The position numbers and the translations under genes were made by a program. A stretch of 64,000 bases of DNA, from positions 1,888,001 through 1,952,000 of the forward strand of contig CP147779.1 of the NCBI GenBank assembly GCA_037308085.1, written 5' to 3'. The stretch's first letter is position 1, and each line of letters begins with the position of its first letter. The stretch comes from Promethearchaeati archaeon SRVP18_Atabeyarchaeia-1 (GTDB taxonomy: Archaea; Asgardarchaeota; Atabeyarchaeia; Atabeyarchaeales; Atabeyarchaeaceae). Under the pieces are notes generated by a model, which made no database searches, was not told the origin of the DNA, and worked only from the letters and a program-made list of their open reading frames with translations. This document shows, in pieces, positions 1 to 9,859 of the stretch.

Positions 1-489
1 TCGAAAGTCGTTAGAACCTATCTGGATTGGTGCAAGGGCTTCCTCAACAAGCAGAAGGTCGTTGTAGTATACGACACTATGTGGGGGAGCACGGAGAAGA
101 TGGCTAGAGCTATAGTTGAAGGAATCAGAAGCGCAGGCGCCGAAGCTAAGCTGATGAAGCTGAGAATAACGGAGATGACAGATATTGTCACTGAAATCTT
201 GGATTCGAAGGCGGTGGTCGTCGGTTCACCAACGCTACACAACGAGATCTTCCCATCAGTTAGCGGTTTCCTAACCTACATATCAGGGCTGAAACCAAAA
301 GGCAAGGTCTGGAGCTTCTTCGGTTCCTACGGCTGGGGCGGAGGAGCGGTCAAGAAGATGACTGAAATTGCAGCCGCAGCGAAATTCGAAGTTAACGAGT
401 CGAGCCTAGAAGTCAAGTATATTCCAACGAAAGAAGAGCTCGAGAAGTGTGTTGAGTTCGGAAAGGAAATAGCGGGAAAGATCATCTAG
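1..489 (+). CDS. fprA: FprA family A-type flavoprotein (flavodiiron protein), C-terminal flavodoxin domain; 5' partial
   Basis: Frame open from base 1; VVVYDTMWGST, VGSPTLHN and FGSYGWGGGA flavodoxin motifs typical of FprA. Confidence 0.9.
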   Translation, partial: SKVVRTYLDWCKGFLNKQKVVVVYDTMWGSTEKMARAIVEGIRSAGAEAKLMKLRITEMTDIVTEILDSKAVVVGSPTLHNEIFPSVSGFLTYISGLKPKGKVWSFFGSYGWGGGAVKKMTEIAAAAKFEVNESSLEVKYIPTKEELEKCVEFGKEIAGKII

Positions 490-606
490 AGAAGACTTCC
501 AAGCTGAGTATTCTCCCCGATCTGGGACTACCGTCCTGGATCAGGGAACTCCCTCCGTTTTGCTGCGCCACAATAGCACCCCGGAAAAGGGTTCTCAAGG
601 GATCCT

Positions 607-2733
607 TCACTCCGACTTTCCCTTCAAATCCAATAGCTCGAGCATTCTCTGTACACTTGTGGTTGGGAGGCTACATTTGTAGCCTTGGCATACGTAAGCC
701 GTGGCTCTGTCTTCTTTGCTCGACAAGTCCCTTGTGAATTCAGCTAGTTCCTCTATCTTGGGCGCCTCTACCCCAGTTGGCTTGAAGATCTGCACTTTGT
801 TGGGGAGAAAACTGCTTCGAAGCGCCTTGAGCATCGCCATCATGTCTTCCGCGCCTCGATCACCGACAATGACTACCTCGGCTACTGGTCCTATGGCGAA
901 ATCCAGTGCAGTCAACAACTGCGTGTAAGCTGCGGGTGCTCTTGACATTGTGCCGGAAAGTGTGTGAATTACCCGAGATGCCCTATCTTCGAACTCAGGT
1001 TTCTCCGTCATGTGGGCTAGGTGGAGAAGGTTTAACGTTGCAACTGAGTTGCCTGAAGGATGAGCGCCATCGTAGGCATCTTTCTTTCTAACGATAACTT
1101 CTTCCGCATCGTCTGCGCTGAGATAGAACCCGCCGTTTTCCAGATCCCAAAAGTGTTTTGCAGTGTACTCCGTCAACTGGATGGCGGATTCCAGGTATCC
1201 TGTTTCAAAGGTTGCCTCATACAACTCCGTGAGGCCCCAGACAAGAAAGGCGTAGTCATCCAGGAATCCGGGTATCGCCGCTTCGCCGTCCTTAAAGCGG
1301 TGATAGAGCTTTCCCTTCGAATCGCACATCTTTGATAGAAGAAAATCCGCTGCACGTTTCCCCAGCTCCGAGTACTTTGGTTCATCGAAGGTTTGCGCCG
1401 CCTCTGCTAGCCCAGCAATCATCAGACCGTTCAGATCAGTTAGGATCTTGTCGTCTCTACTAGGGTGAATGCGTCTCTCTCGGGCGCTGAAAAGCTTGCG
1501 CCTCGCTGCTTCAAGTCTCTCCCTGAGTTCCCTTATCGGGATTCCAGTATCGGTAGAAGTTCTCTCAAGCGACTTGCTCATGCACAGTATGTTGTTCCCT
1601 GTATCTTTGTACGTAGTTTCATCAGGGAAATTCCCATTCTCTTGAACGTTAAAGACTGATGAGAAGAGTTCTGCTTCCTCCGGGGAGAGTATTTGTTTGA
1701 TTTCGTCTTTTCTCCAGAGGTAGAACTTCCCTTCTTGCCCTTCGCTGTCCGCGTCCACCGAAGTGTAGAATCCGCCTTGGGGTGAAGTCATGTCACGCAA
1801 GACGAAGTTCAGTATTTCATCTGCTGTTCTCTTGTATTCCTCTTTCTTTGTCGCCTGGTATGCCTCGGCGTACGCCATTGTGAGCGTAGCTTGGTCGTAG
1901 AGCATCTTCTCGAAGTGCGGTTGGAACCACCTTGAGTCCACAGAGTAGCGGTGAAAGCCGAATCCTACTTGATCGAAGATGCCGCCCAGCCGCATTGATG
2001 TGAGGGTTTTCTCAACCATCAAAAGCGCCTTATCGTAGGTCGTGCGTTTCCAGTAGCGAAGGAGGAAAGTCAAATGGTGAGGGGTCGGGAACTTCGGTGC
2101 ACCTCCGAAGCCCCCATGCTCCTCGTCGAATTCTGCTGAAAGACTATTATAGGCTGTATCCAGAGTCTCCTCCCCCGACTTCTCCTCTCCAGATGCTTCC
2201 AACGCGTATTCGGCTTTGGTGAGGCGCATCACGATTCCTTGGGCTGAATTGACGAGTTGCTCTCTCTGCGAGTTCCAGAGCTCCCTTATTCTTGGGATTA
2301 GCTCTTTCATTCCCAATCGTCCGAACTTGGCTTCTCTTGGAATGTATGTCGATGAAAAGAAGGGTTTCTTGTCAGGGGTCATGATTATCGTGAGTGGCCA
2401 TCCGCCGCTTCCCGTCATCATTTGGCAGATGGCCATGTATGTGCTGTCTATGTCGGGTCTTTCTTCTCTGTCGACTTTTATGGATACGAACGAGTCATTC
2501 ATGAGCCGCGCAACTTCAGGATCTTCGAAGGACTCCTTTTCCATTACGTGGCACCAGTGGCAGGTGGAGTAGCCGATGGAGAGAAAAATCGGCTTGTCCT
2601 GTTTCTTCGCTTCTTCGAAGGCTTCAGATCCCCAAGGATACCAGTCAACTGGGTTGTGTGCATGTTGTAACAGGTAGGGGCTTTTCTCGGATATCAGGCG
2701 GTTGACTCTTCCATTCTTTGATTCCTCGTTCAT
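607..2733 (-). CDS. Thioredoxin-domain protein, YyaL/SPATA20 (DUF255) family
   Basis: [49 protein letters not shown]. Confidence 0.95.
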   Translation of the reverse strand: MNEESKNGRVNRLISEKSPYLLQHAHNPVDWYPWGSEAFEEAKKQDKPIFLSIGYSTCHWCHVMEKESFEDPEVARLMNDSFVSIKVDREERPDIDSTYMAICQMMTGSGGWPLTIIMTPDKKPFFSSTYIPREAKFGRLGMKELIPRIRELWNSQREQLVNSAQGIVMRLTKAEYALEASGEEKSGEETLDTAYNSLSAEFDEEHGGFGGAPKFPTPHHLTFLLRYWKRTTYDKALLMVEKTLTSMRLGGIFDQVGFGFHRYSVDSRWFQPHFEKMLYDQATLTMAYAEAYQATKKEEYKRTADEILNFVLRDMTSPQGGFYTSVDADSEGQEGKFYLWRKDEIKQILSPEEAELFSSVFNVQENGNFPDETTYKDTGNNILCMSKSLERTSTDTGIPIRELRERLEAARRKLFSARERRIHPSRDDKILTDLNGLMIAGLAEAAQTFDEPKYSELGKRAADFLLSKMCDSKGKLYHRFKDGEAAIPGFLDDYAFLVWGLTELYEATFETGYLESAIQLTEYTAKHFWDLENGGFYLSADDAEEVIVRKKDAYDGAHPSGNSVATLNLLHLAHMTEKPEFEDRASRVIHTLSGTMSRAPAAYTQLLTALDFAIGPVAEVVIVGDRGAEDMMAMLKALRSSFLPNKVQIFKPTGVEAPKIEELAEFTRDLSSKEDRATAYVCQGYKCSLPTTSVQRMLELLDLKGKSE

Positions 2734-2764
2734 TTAGGCAACCTTCCTTGCGCATCGGAACAGT

Positions 2765-3520
2765 CTACTTGACGTTACTCATGAAGACGCATATCTTGGG
2801 AGGCAGTAGCGTGGAATCGATGCCTATTCTCTTGTCTGTCAGTTTGATTGGCGCTCCTCGGACGATGACGAAAGGTATTCTCTCGTTGGATTCCCCCATT
2901 AGGAGCTTTGCTGCTGAGGAAATGTCGTCGATCACTGATTGGTACGTTACGCGCAGCGTTCTCCCGTAAAGGTCTTTCTTGCCAACGTAATTCCTAGCGG
3001 GCTCTAGTCCAGCAAACCCGAGCGCCACCCCTATTGTTCCCCTTCTCCCGGGAAGCAGCCCGGAGTCTGCAATAATGATGGCAACTCTCTTTCCTGTCTT
3101 GTCCTCTATCCTTCTCTTGAAGCTCCAAGCTGACTCATCGGAATCCGCTGGTGGGAGTATGTACGAGTCCCCTGGAGAGTTGGCGACATCGATGCAGGCG
3201 TTGACGCACGGGAAGCCCCTTCTTACTGCCAGCACGTATCCGGGTGATCCTGCAAGAACGGAATCAGACTCGTCCAAGATCAACTGCATCAAGGATGATG
3301 GGAGGGCAAGCTTTCTCCCCATCTCTTCCGCCTTCCTCGAGGCCACGACGTCTGAGACTTGGCGAACCCGCTTCTCAGTTACGGAAACGATTTTAGAAGC
3401 AACGACGATTACGTCTCCATCTTCGAGAGGGAGTTGCATCCTCCCTATCGAGCTGAGGAAGATTTCTGAAGCATCGTCACTCTCAGTGATTAAGGGCGTT
3501 TTTACGGCGAAAACCTCCAT
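2765..3520 (-). CDS. cofE: Coenzyme F420-0:L-glutamate ligase (CofE family)
   Basis: DGDVIVVASKIVS, NACID, IIADS..R.GTIGVALG, GESNERIPFVIVRG; start placed at MEVFAVK (ORF track start 3589). Confidence 0.85.
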   Translation of the reverse strand: MEVFAVKTPLITESDDASEIFLSSIGRMQLPLEDGDVIVVASKIVSVTEKRVRQVSDVVASRKAEEMGRKLALPSSLMQLILDESDSVLAGSPGYVLAVRRGFPCVNACIDVANSPGDSYILPPADSDESAWSFKRRIEDKTGKRVAIIIADSGLLPGRRGTIGVALGFAGLEPARNYVGKKDLYGRTLRVTYQSVIDDISSAAKLLMGESNERIPFVIVRGAPIKLTDKRIGIDSTLLPPKICVFMSNVK

Positions 3521-3767
3521 TGCACTATCCAAGAGAATCATGCACCTCCAGGCGGAAGTGATCATGCTTACAGCAAGATGGTGATACAATCATCAGTATT
3601 TAGAGTTCGCCTTTGGCGCTTATCTAACTCTCCAGAAGTTGCCCTCGTCCTGGAATCACTGCGAGAGTCGCACGCCGATCGCAACTCTTTTACAAAGGCG
3701 CCCCTAGTAGGATGGGTATCGATTAGACTGTTCCCAGCAGGTTCTTCTAGTGAGGTGAAACCGTGAT

Positions 3768-4235
3768 ATGGTCCGAGTGCTAAATCCTATCTTCACTGCG
3801 GTGGGAATCTGCTCCCTGCTGAGTTCGCTGGACAAGATGGGAGTGACCCCGACGCTTGTCGCCCGCCAGGCCTCAAAGGTGATTGGCCCCGTGTTGGCGG
3901 ACTTCGGAAAGATGACACTAGGCACCACGAACATGGAGGCGCCGACCCTGAACGAGTTTGTCGTAGGTCTGAGAATGGCTCTAAAGATGGGTGGGCTTGC
4001 AGACCCAGATGCTCTAGAAATGGTCAAGACCGAGGATGGCTTCACAGTCAAATGGGTTGACTGCGGGCTAAAGGACATGGCCAATGCTGCTAAGCTGTTC
4101 GGGTACAAGGACTGTCCGCTTTGTCTTCCTGGCGTCATAGTCGCTGGTCTGCTCGGTGCCCTGCATGTCGCAGACGTCAGCGATATGAAGGTTGAGAGAA
4201 ACGGAAATACGTGCCTAATGCACATTCAGATCTGA
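3768..4235 (+). CDS. Hypothetical protein, V4R/L-domain-like with Cys ligands
   Basis: 155 aa ORF with good upstream GGTGA; DC...CPLC...TC pattern in the C-terminal half resembles V4R-like small-molecule-binding domains. Confidence 0.5.
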   Translation: MVRVLNPIFTAVGICSLLSSLDKMGVTPTLVARQASKVIGPVLADFGKMTLGTTNMEAPTLNEFVVGLRMALKMGGLADPDALEMVKTEDGFTVKWVDCGLKDMANAAKLFGYKDCPLCLPGVIVAGLLGALHVADVSDMKVERNGNTCLMHIQI

Positions 4236-4430
4236 CATGGGGCACCATTTTTCGGCCAGCCAACTCTCAACTATCTTTTCATCAAATACCGGTCGGGTGT
4301 TGCGTGGTCTCATCAGACACTACCCTGAATCGCATGAAGAGTGGGAGTTATCAGATCCAGTTGTCCCAGGAGTCTTGATGGCAAATGTAATATCAGGCGA
4401 CGAACACGAGGATAGGAGGGTGACATTGAT

Positions 4431-5396
4431 TTGCGTATCAGGGCTCTTGGGCTGCATTTGACGGATCGCTGTAATGCTCGCTGCGAGCACTGCGCCTTTC
4501 ACTGTGGACCTCAAGGCAAAGGCGTGATGGCTTTAGGTGAGGCAAAAAAGTACCTTCGACAAGCCACGGAAGAAGGGGCAGACATGCTCTGCATAAGTGG
4601 CGGCGAGCCACTTCTCTTTCTCAGCACTGTAACCAGCATCGCTCGAGAAGCAAGAAGGCTCCGAATGCAGAGTATCTGGGTTTTCACTAATGCTCACTGG
4701 GCGGCGGATCGTGAATCGACGAGGAGAATACTGGTACGGCTCAAGAATGCCGGTGTCGGCAGACTCTGCCTAGGCGCTGATGGATTCCACCGGCCATTCG
4801 TTGCGACCGAGAGAGTTCGTTCGGCCATGCTTGTTGCTGCGGACTTGGGTTTGGAGCTTACTCTAGATACCCGCATCATGGGCGTGACGCTCCAGGAAGA
4901 CAACCAGATCAACAAGTCAACCGTGGAGATCCTTCGTGAACTCGGAGATTTGAGAAACATCGAAACGTGGCGCGGCCCCCCGCTCTACGTCGGCCGCGCA
5001 GCGGAGGTCCTGCCCCAGAAAATGCAGAGAGAGCCAACCTTTGTTGATGGGGCATGCATGGGCCCATGGGCGGGTGGAAGCTGGGTAAACCCAGTGGGCG
5101 TTGACATCGACTCGCATGGGGAAGTCACGCTATGCCCTGGCATAAGCATTGGCAACGCAAGAACGCAAACACTGAGCAAGATCCTGTCTGACTACAAGCC
5201 ATCGCAGCACCGCATAATCCGTGAGCTCACGGCAGGCGGACCTAAAGGCTTGTGGCGCCTGGCTTCCGACCTGGGCTACAGGCACCAAGGAGGTTACTTG
5301 AGTGCATGTCACTTGTGCTACGACGTGCGGAAGTTCATCCGATCAGATTATCCAGCGGAGCTGGCACCTATTTCCTGCTACGAAGAGCTTTGTTAA
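4431..5396 (+). CDS. Radical SAM protein with C-terminal Cys-rich (SPASM/twitch-like) region
   Basis: CNARCEHC, SGGEP, TNAHWA, C-terminal C..LCPG and CHLC. Confidence 0.9.
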   Translation: MRIRALGLHLTDRCNARCEHCAFHCGPQGKGVMALGEAKKYLRQATEEGADMLCISGGEPLLFLSTVTSIAREARRLRMQSIWVFTNAHWAADRESTRRILVRLKNAGVGRLCLGADGFHRPFVATERVRSAMLVAADLGLELTLDTRIMGVTLQEDNQINKSTVEILRELGDLRNIETWRGPPLYVGRAAEVLPQKMQREPTFVDGACMGPWAGGSWVNPVGVDIDSHGEVTLCPGISIGNARTQTLSKILSDYKPSQHRIIRELTAGGPKGLWRLASDLGYRHQGGYLSACHLCYDVRKFIRSDYPAELAPISCYEELC

Positions 5397-5490
5397 GGGT
5401 TTTCCAGTCGAGCTCTTGAGCGCCACATTGTGGACATTCTTCGGACGCTATTTGAATTCTCTGCCTGCATCTTGCGCATTCTTTGGTTTT

Positions 5491-5754
5491 CTACCATTTC
5501 GGTATCACCGAGTTTCGCTCGATATCTTTTCGCCGTTCTGTGATCCTGTCATAGACATCCGAGTCTTCATCTGCGCGGAGTTCGACCGTTAGGAACTTGG
5601 GACATGTGTAAACGTCCATGGGTGCGGCTTCCTCCTCCCCCCAGCGCCATATTGGAAGGTCTATCCTGAAGGGAAACCAACCCATATGCAGCATCTCCGT
5701 GCTGCAGATTCGACAGTTCGGAGAAGACAGCCTATCAGGATATTCTCCCATCAA
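5491..5754 (-). CDS. Small Zn-ribbon-like protein, possibly decaying
   Basis: CRIC...YTCPKF..VELRA; the fourth Cys is replaced by Phe. Confidence 0.5.
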   Translation of the reverse strand: MMGEYPDRLSSPNCRICSTEMLHMGWFPFRIDLPIWRWGEEEAAPMDVYTCPKFLTVELRADEDSDVYDRITERRKDIERNSVIPKW

Positions 5755-5857
5755 ATCATCAGCCGCTTCTAGAAACGTAGAAATTCATGGAAGTCAACCA
5801 CGCTTCTATTCGGGGCGTTGGCAGCTTGTTCGGTCCCGCCTGCTCCCCCGGCCTTAG

Positions 5858-6706
5858 GCTCTCTGGAGAGCAAAGCTCAATAGAGCAAACCTAAGCAAAG
5901 CCATACTCCGGAGAGCAGATCTTGGCGAGGCAATTCTCTTGGGAACAAAGCTAAGCGGAGCAAACCTGAGCCAGGCAAATCTATCTGGCGCGAATCTAAG
6001 TGAAGCAGATCTCAGCGGAGCAAACCTAAGTGAAGCAAACCTTGAGAAAACGGTGCTAGTTGAGGTGGACCTAAGAAAGGCATCCCTTACGAATTGCCGG
6101 GTTTACGGGATCTCTACATGGAACGTGGATCTGGAGAATGCGACTCAGTTGAATCTGATCATCACCCGTAGCGCTGAGCCCAAGATTACGGTGGACTACC
6201 TCAAGGTTGCGCAATTTGTGTACCTGCTTCTCAACAACAGGGAGATCCGGGAGGTTATTGACACTATCACTTCAAAGGTCGTGCTAATTCTAGGTAACTT
6301 TTCATCAGATCGGAAGGCAATCTTAGATGCGATCCAGGATGAACTACGTAAGCACAACTACTTGCCCATCTTGTTCGACTTCGGGAAACCTGCCAACCGG
6401 GATCTCACCGAAACGATCTCTATTCTCGCACACATGGCGCGATTTGTCATAGCTGATATTACGGATGCCGAGAGTGTTCCCCAGGAGTTGGAGCGCATAG
6501 TCCCAGAGCTACCATCGGTTCCAGTTCAACCGCTGTTGCAGGCCCCAGCCAAGCCGTACGGCATGTTCGAGCACTACCCGCGGTATCCCTGAGTTCTTGA
6601 GATACGTAGGTATGAGAGCCCTGGCAAGTTGCTGGCGTCCCTCCCAGAAAAAGTGATCGCTCCTGCCGAGGCGAAGGCGAAGGAGCTGCAGAAGAGACAG
6701 CAGTGA
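5858..6706 (+). pseudogene. Pentapeptide-repeat protein with C-terminal alpha/beta (TIR/NDT-like) domain; 5'-truncated with an internal TGA
   Basis: A(N/D)LxxA repeats run in frame from 5858 with no start codon; TGA at 6590-6592 is followed in frame by VLEIRRYES...EKVIAPAEAKAKEL to a stop at 6704-6706. Confidence 0.8.
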
Positions 6707-6887
6707 CCGGACAATTCTGCGCCGCCAAAGTCATTGCTCGTGATACAACTGCGGAACTGTGGCAGTGGTTCACTTTCATGGTAGTCCCTTCAACCCCATA
6801 AGGTTTCGCCATCAACGTACCTCTATAGTTGACTTGGGATGCATAGTCTATGAGTAAGCAATTGGCGTGCACGGCAGGTGGGGCGCG

Positions 6888-7061
6888 ATGGTCGTCAACG
6901 AGGAGTGGTGGAGGGGCTTCGAGGACTGCGCCGAGATTGTCATGGGCATCCTCGACGTTGCCCGGGACCTACCGGCCGCCAAGCATAATGTGGATAAGAT
7001 GCTTGCCTTAGTGAAGGAGAAGAAATTCTCGAAGATTAAGGAGGAGCTGGGTCTACTCTGA
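6888..7061 (+). CDS. Small helical hypothetical protein (copy 1 of a pair)
   Basis: RGFEDC...KEKKFSKIKEELGLL; similar to 9644..9850; GGTGG upstream of ATG. Confidence 0.7.
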   Translation: MVVNEEWWRGFEDCAEIVMGILDVARDLPAAKHNVDKMLALVKEKKFSKIKEELGLL

Positions 7062-7072
7062 CGGTTCACACA

Positions 7073-8884
7073 TCATGTATGAGAAGACTTTATCCTGCTT
7101 GCCATCTCGTTGCCGATAGTCTCTTCACGTGCCTTCAGAAATTCGTCGTAATTATTGTTCTTCATAGCATCGTAAGCTCTCTCTTCAATTAAGTGCGTTT
7201 TGAGAACAATCTTCACTTTTTCCTCCGAGCCCAGTTTTTGTTTCATGAGATCTATGTATTTGGATGGTTTCTTGTTTTGTATGATGCTATTGTTTGTTGA
7301 TTCTTGAATCAAAGTTCTGTTCAGTATAGAGTTTTCTTTGGTGAGGGTGATTCCTGATTTCTTTGGAAATAGATGATGATCGTTCAATTTGACAAGCTCG
7401 ATTGACTGTCCATTATAGAAGTCCAGCGCCCCTTTTAGGGCTATCAAATTGAGTATCGCCTTGTATATGGCACCTTTCGAGGTGTCTCTCAAATTTATCT
7501 CTCTTATTCGGCTTTCAGCTTCCTTGACTACTTCAGGCACTCTTAAGTTGTCTCCAAACCAGTCCCTAACTTGGTCAAAATCCTGTTTTATGGCTGTATC
7601 ACTTGCTCCTGCATATCTTTCTGTGAATATAGAACTCCAATACCAAGTGTCCAACTTCTTGAAGTCATTAGGAGCCTTGCAATGTTCAAGTATTGCCGCC
7701 AATGTTGCTACTACAGGCCTGTATGGTAATAGGTTTGGTCTGATAACGCCATATCCAGTCTGGGTGTTTTGTAGTCTTCTCAAAGAATGATTGAGCAAAC
7801 TACAAGATGAGTTCCAGTTGTCCTTGTCAATTTTGAACACTTTTGAGTTCACTAGAACTTTCTTCTTCACTTCTAGAGGATTGGGTTTTTGACGCAAAGC
7901 CATAATTTGAAGTATGATTTTTGGGTATTCCTCATCATCTTCTTCGGAGAACTTATTCACTTCACTTTCTGTGTCATCGAAATACTCTTTCCACCAATCT
8001 CTGAGGTTTATTTTCTGTTTGAAGAATACGGCGGTGGCAAGAGCAAACACCGAAAGCTCCACGCCTGTTCTATTAATCCTCTCGAATATCTCTGCGACCT
8101 CATAGAACTGTTTGTTTTCAAGAGTCAACGATGGGATTTTGAAACCAAACCAATGATTGAAAATATTTCTTATGGTCGCTTTTCTCTCTTTGATCTCGCC
8201 CCAAGGTTTGCTCTTCTTAGAGATGTAGTCTCCAAAATCCTCCAACCAGCTCTCTAGTTCGGAACGTGCTCCTAAGTTGGCAAAGGGTATCCGTCCATTT
8301 TCGTAGCAATATTGCTTGAATTCCTTCTTCATTAACAAATTCCCAAAATTGCCAGCCCAGTCTAGCAAGTCCTTGAAAGAGTATTTCTTAGCCCCCGACC
8401 CCATGTCTACTTCCATGTTTTTTGTTCTGTCATTTTCCGATATTGATTCGATCGAATCTTCCCAATCTTTTTGGGCGAGTCTTTCGTTGACCTTTACAAA
8501 ATATCGGATAGGGTAAGCTGCCCCTTTAGGTTCAACCTTTGGGGGACTGTAGAGAGCGTAGAACAAGGCAGTCAATCTTTGCTGTCCATCGAGCACCGCT
8601 CTTTCAACATTTTTCTCCTCTGGTTCTGATGGTAACTTTGTGTTGACTTTTTCTACTCCCTCAAAATACCGAACTCCAAAATCAAGGGTTTCAGCACGCC
8701 TTAAGAAAAGAAGGGTGCCGACGAAATAGCCGTTTAGAACTGAAACTAATAGACTTTTTATGTCAGGATTTGCCCACACAAAACTCCTTTGAAATTCCGG
8801 AAGGACACACTTTCCTTCACAGATTTCTCTAATTGGTCCTAGAGCTTCCTCAAGTTTCGGATAGGGTTCAGCCATAACACTCAC
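7073..8884 (-). CDS. DUF262 (GmrSD-like, ParB-like NTPase) protein with C-terminal DUF1524/HNH-like region; putative modification-dependent restriction enzyme
   Basis: LPEFQRSFVW, VLDGQQRLTAL, FERINRTG, C-terminal DHHLFP...N..N; visibly AT-richer than flanks. Confidence 0.9.
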   Translation of the reverse strand: MSVMAEPYPKLEEALGPIREICEGKCVLPEFQRSFVWANPDIKSLLVSVLNGYFVGTLLFLRRAETLDFGVRYFEGVEKVNTKLPSEPEEKNVERAVLDGQQRLTALFYALYSPPKVEPKGAAYPIRYFVKVNERLAQKDWEDSIESISENDRTKNMEVDMGSGAKKYSFKDLLDWAGNFGNLLMKKEFKQYCYENGRIPFANLGARSELESWLEDFGDYISKKSKPWGEIKERKATIRNIFNHWFGFKIPSLTLENKQFYEVAEIFERINRTGVELSVFALATAVFFKQKINLRDWWKEYFDDTESEVNKFSEEDDEEYPKIILQIMALRQKPNPLEVKKKVLVNSKVFKIDKDNWNSSCSLLNHSLRRLQNTQTGYGVIRPNLLPYRPVVATLAAILEHCKAPNDFKKLDTWYWSSIFTERYAGASDTAIKQDFDQVRDWFGDNLRVPEVVKEAESRIREINLRDTSKGAIYKAILNLIALKGALDFYNGQSIELVKLNDHHLFPKKSGITLTKENSILNRTLIQESTNNSIIQNKKPSKYIDLMKQKLGSEEKVKIVLKTHLIEERAYDAMKNNNYDEFLKAREETIGNEMASRIKSSHT

Positions 8885-8927
8885 ATCCCATAGAAATCCT
8901 CCCCGCCTCCGAGTCGAACTCTATACC

Positions 8928-8982
8928 TACCTGATCGCTGGGCACGTGATATATTCGTTGCGGAGGCATTGCGATATCCACA
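8928..8982 (-). repeat. 55-bp conserved element, copy A, with promoter-like core; upstream of the DUF262 gene
   Basis: 51/55 identical to 12806-12860; minus strand reads ...GCAACGAATATATCACG... (BRE/TATA-like). Confidence 0.85.
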
Positions 8983-9272
8983 AGTCTCTTTAATCGCGTA
9001 TCATCCCCGACTATGCCATGGCATAAGGAGCGTACCAGAGAAACAGGGGCCTGTGTGGGACTCGAGTTGGAGCGGGTTCCTCGGGGACCTCAGAAAGGAA
9101 GTTGAGCTGTGTTGAATAGAAAGAAAGAGGATTGAGGTGGCTAGCCCACCTTGAGCTTTCCTTTGATCTGGTTCATACTGCCCCTGAGGTGCTTGAGGTT
9201 CTGCCCAATTTCGTCGACATCTCTTGTGACGAATATTGTCTTCATGTAGAGGGCTAAGAGAGACATGTTCAC

Positions 9273-9500
9273 TTAAGTAGGAGCAAAGAACTCGACATAA
9301 CCGCAATTATCGCATTTGTAGGCACGAAGTGATTTTCCTGTCCGAGCTTCAAACTGTACGTCTCGTTCTCCTCGAAGGCCCTCTTCAGTTAGTTCCTCAT
9401 CTTTTGCACTATGCCACCGAACTATGCGATCAAAACCTATTACACCCTCATGCATCGCAAACCCACATTTTGAACAATGCTTGTCTTTTACCATAAACAT
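9273..9500 (-). CDS. Small Zn-ribbon protein
   Basis: CSKCGFAMHEG...LRAYKCDNCGYVEFFA. Confidence 0.75.
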   Translation of the reverse strand: MFMVKDKHCSKCGFAMHEGVIGFDRIVRWHSAKDEELTEEGLRGERDVQFEARTGKSLRAYKCDNCGYVEFFAPT

Positions 9501-9643
9501 CCTCTATTTTGACAGGTGATTTCCCCATCAAAATATGTTTCGCATTCGTTGCGAGATTCACACATGGAATTCGGATACCTATTGCGGCTTTGCCCCAAAG
9601 AGAGACCCTCACTTCTGCATAGGACTCTTGCACCTCAAATAAC

Positions 9644-9850
9644 GTGGTTGACCATTCTTGTTCTGTCGTGGATTGGACGGCGAGAGAGGCTTCGGGGTAT
9701 CGGCATGGGTTCGAGAACTGCCTAGGTCTGGTGGAGGACACCATCGGGTCCGTGAAGAGGCTGAAACAGGTGAAGAGCTACCTGCTGACGGTGCGGGCCA
9801 GCATGAAGGAGAAGAACGTCGTCCGGATAAGAGGGGACCTCGGTCTCTGA
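9644..9850 (+). CDS. Small helical hypothetical protein (copy 2 of a pair)
   Basis: HGFENC...KEKNVVRIRGDLGL aligns with 6888..7061; start uncertain. Confidence 0.65.
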   Translation: MVDHSCSVVDWTAREASGYRHGFENCLGLVEDTIGSVKRLKQVKSYLLTVRASMKEKNVVRIRGDLGL

Positions 9851-9859
9851 TACCCTGGA

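Noticed and set aside
515-548. Hairpin GATCTGGGAC-TACC-GTCCTGGATC after fprA as a SECIS or ncRNA
   Set aside because: It lies between convergent genes and has no SECIS core motif; most likely terminator-associated
5870-6060. Short tandem DNA repeats (GCAAACCT...)
   Set aside because: Explained by pentapeptide-repeat coding
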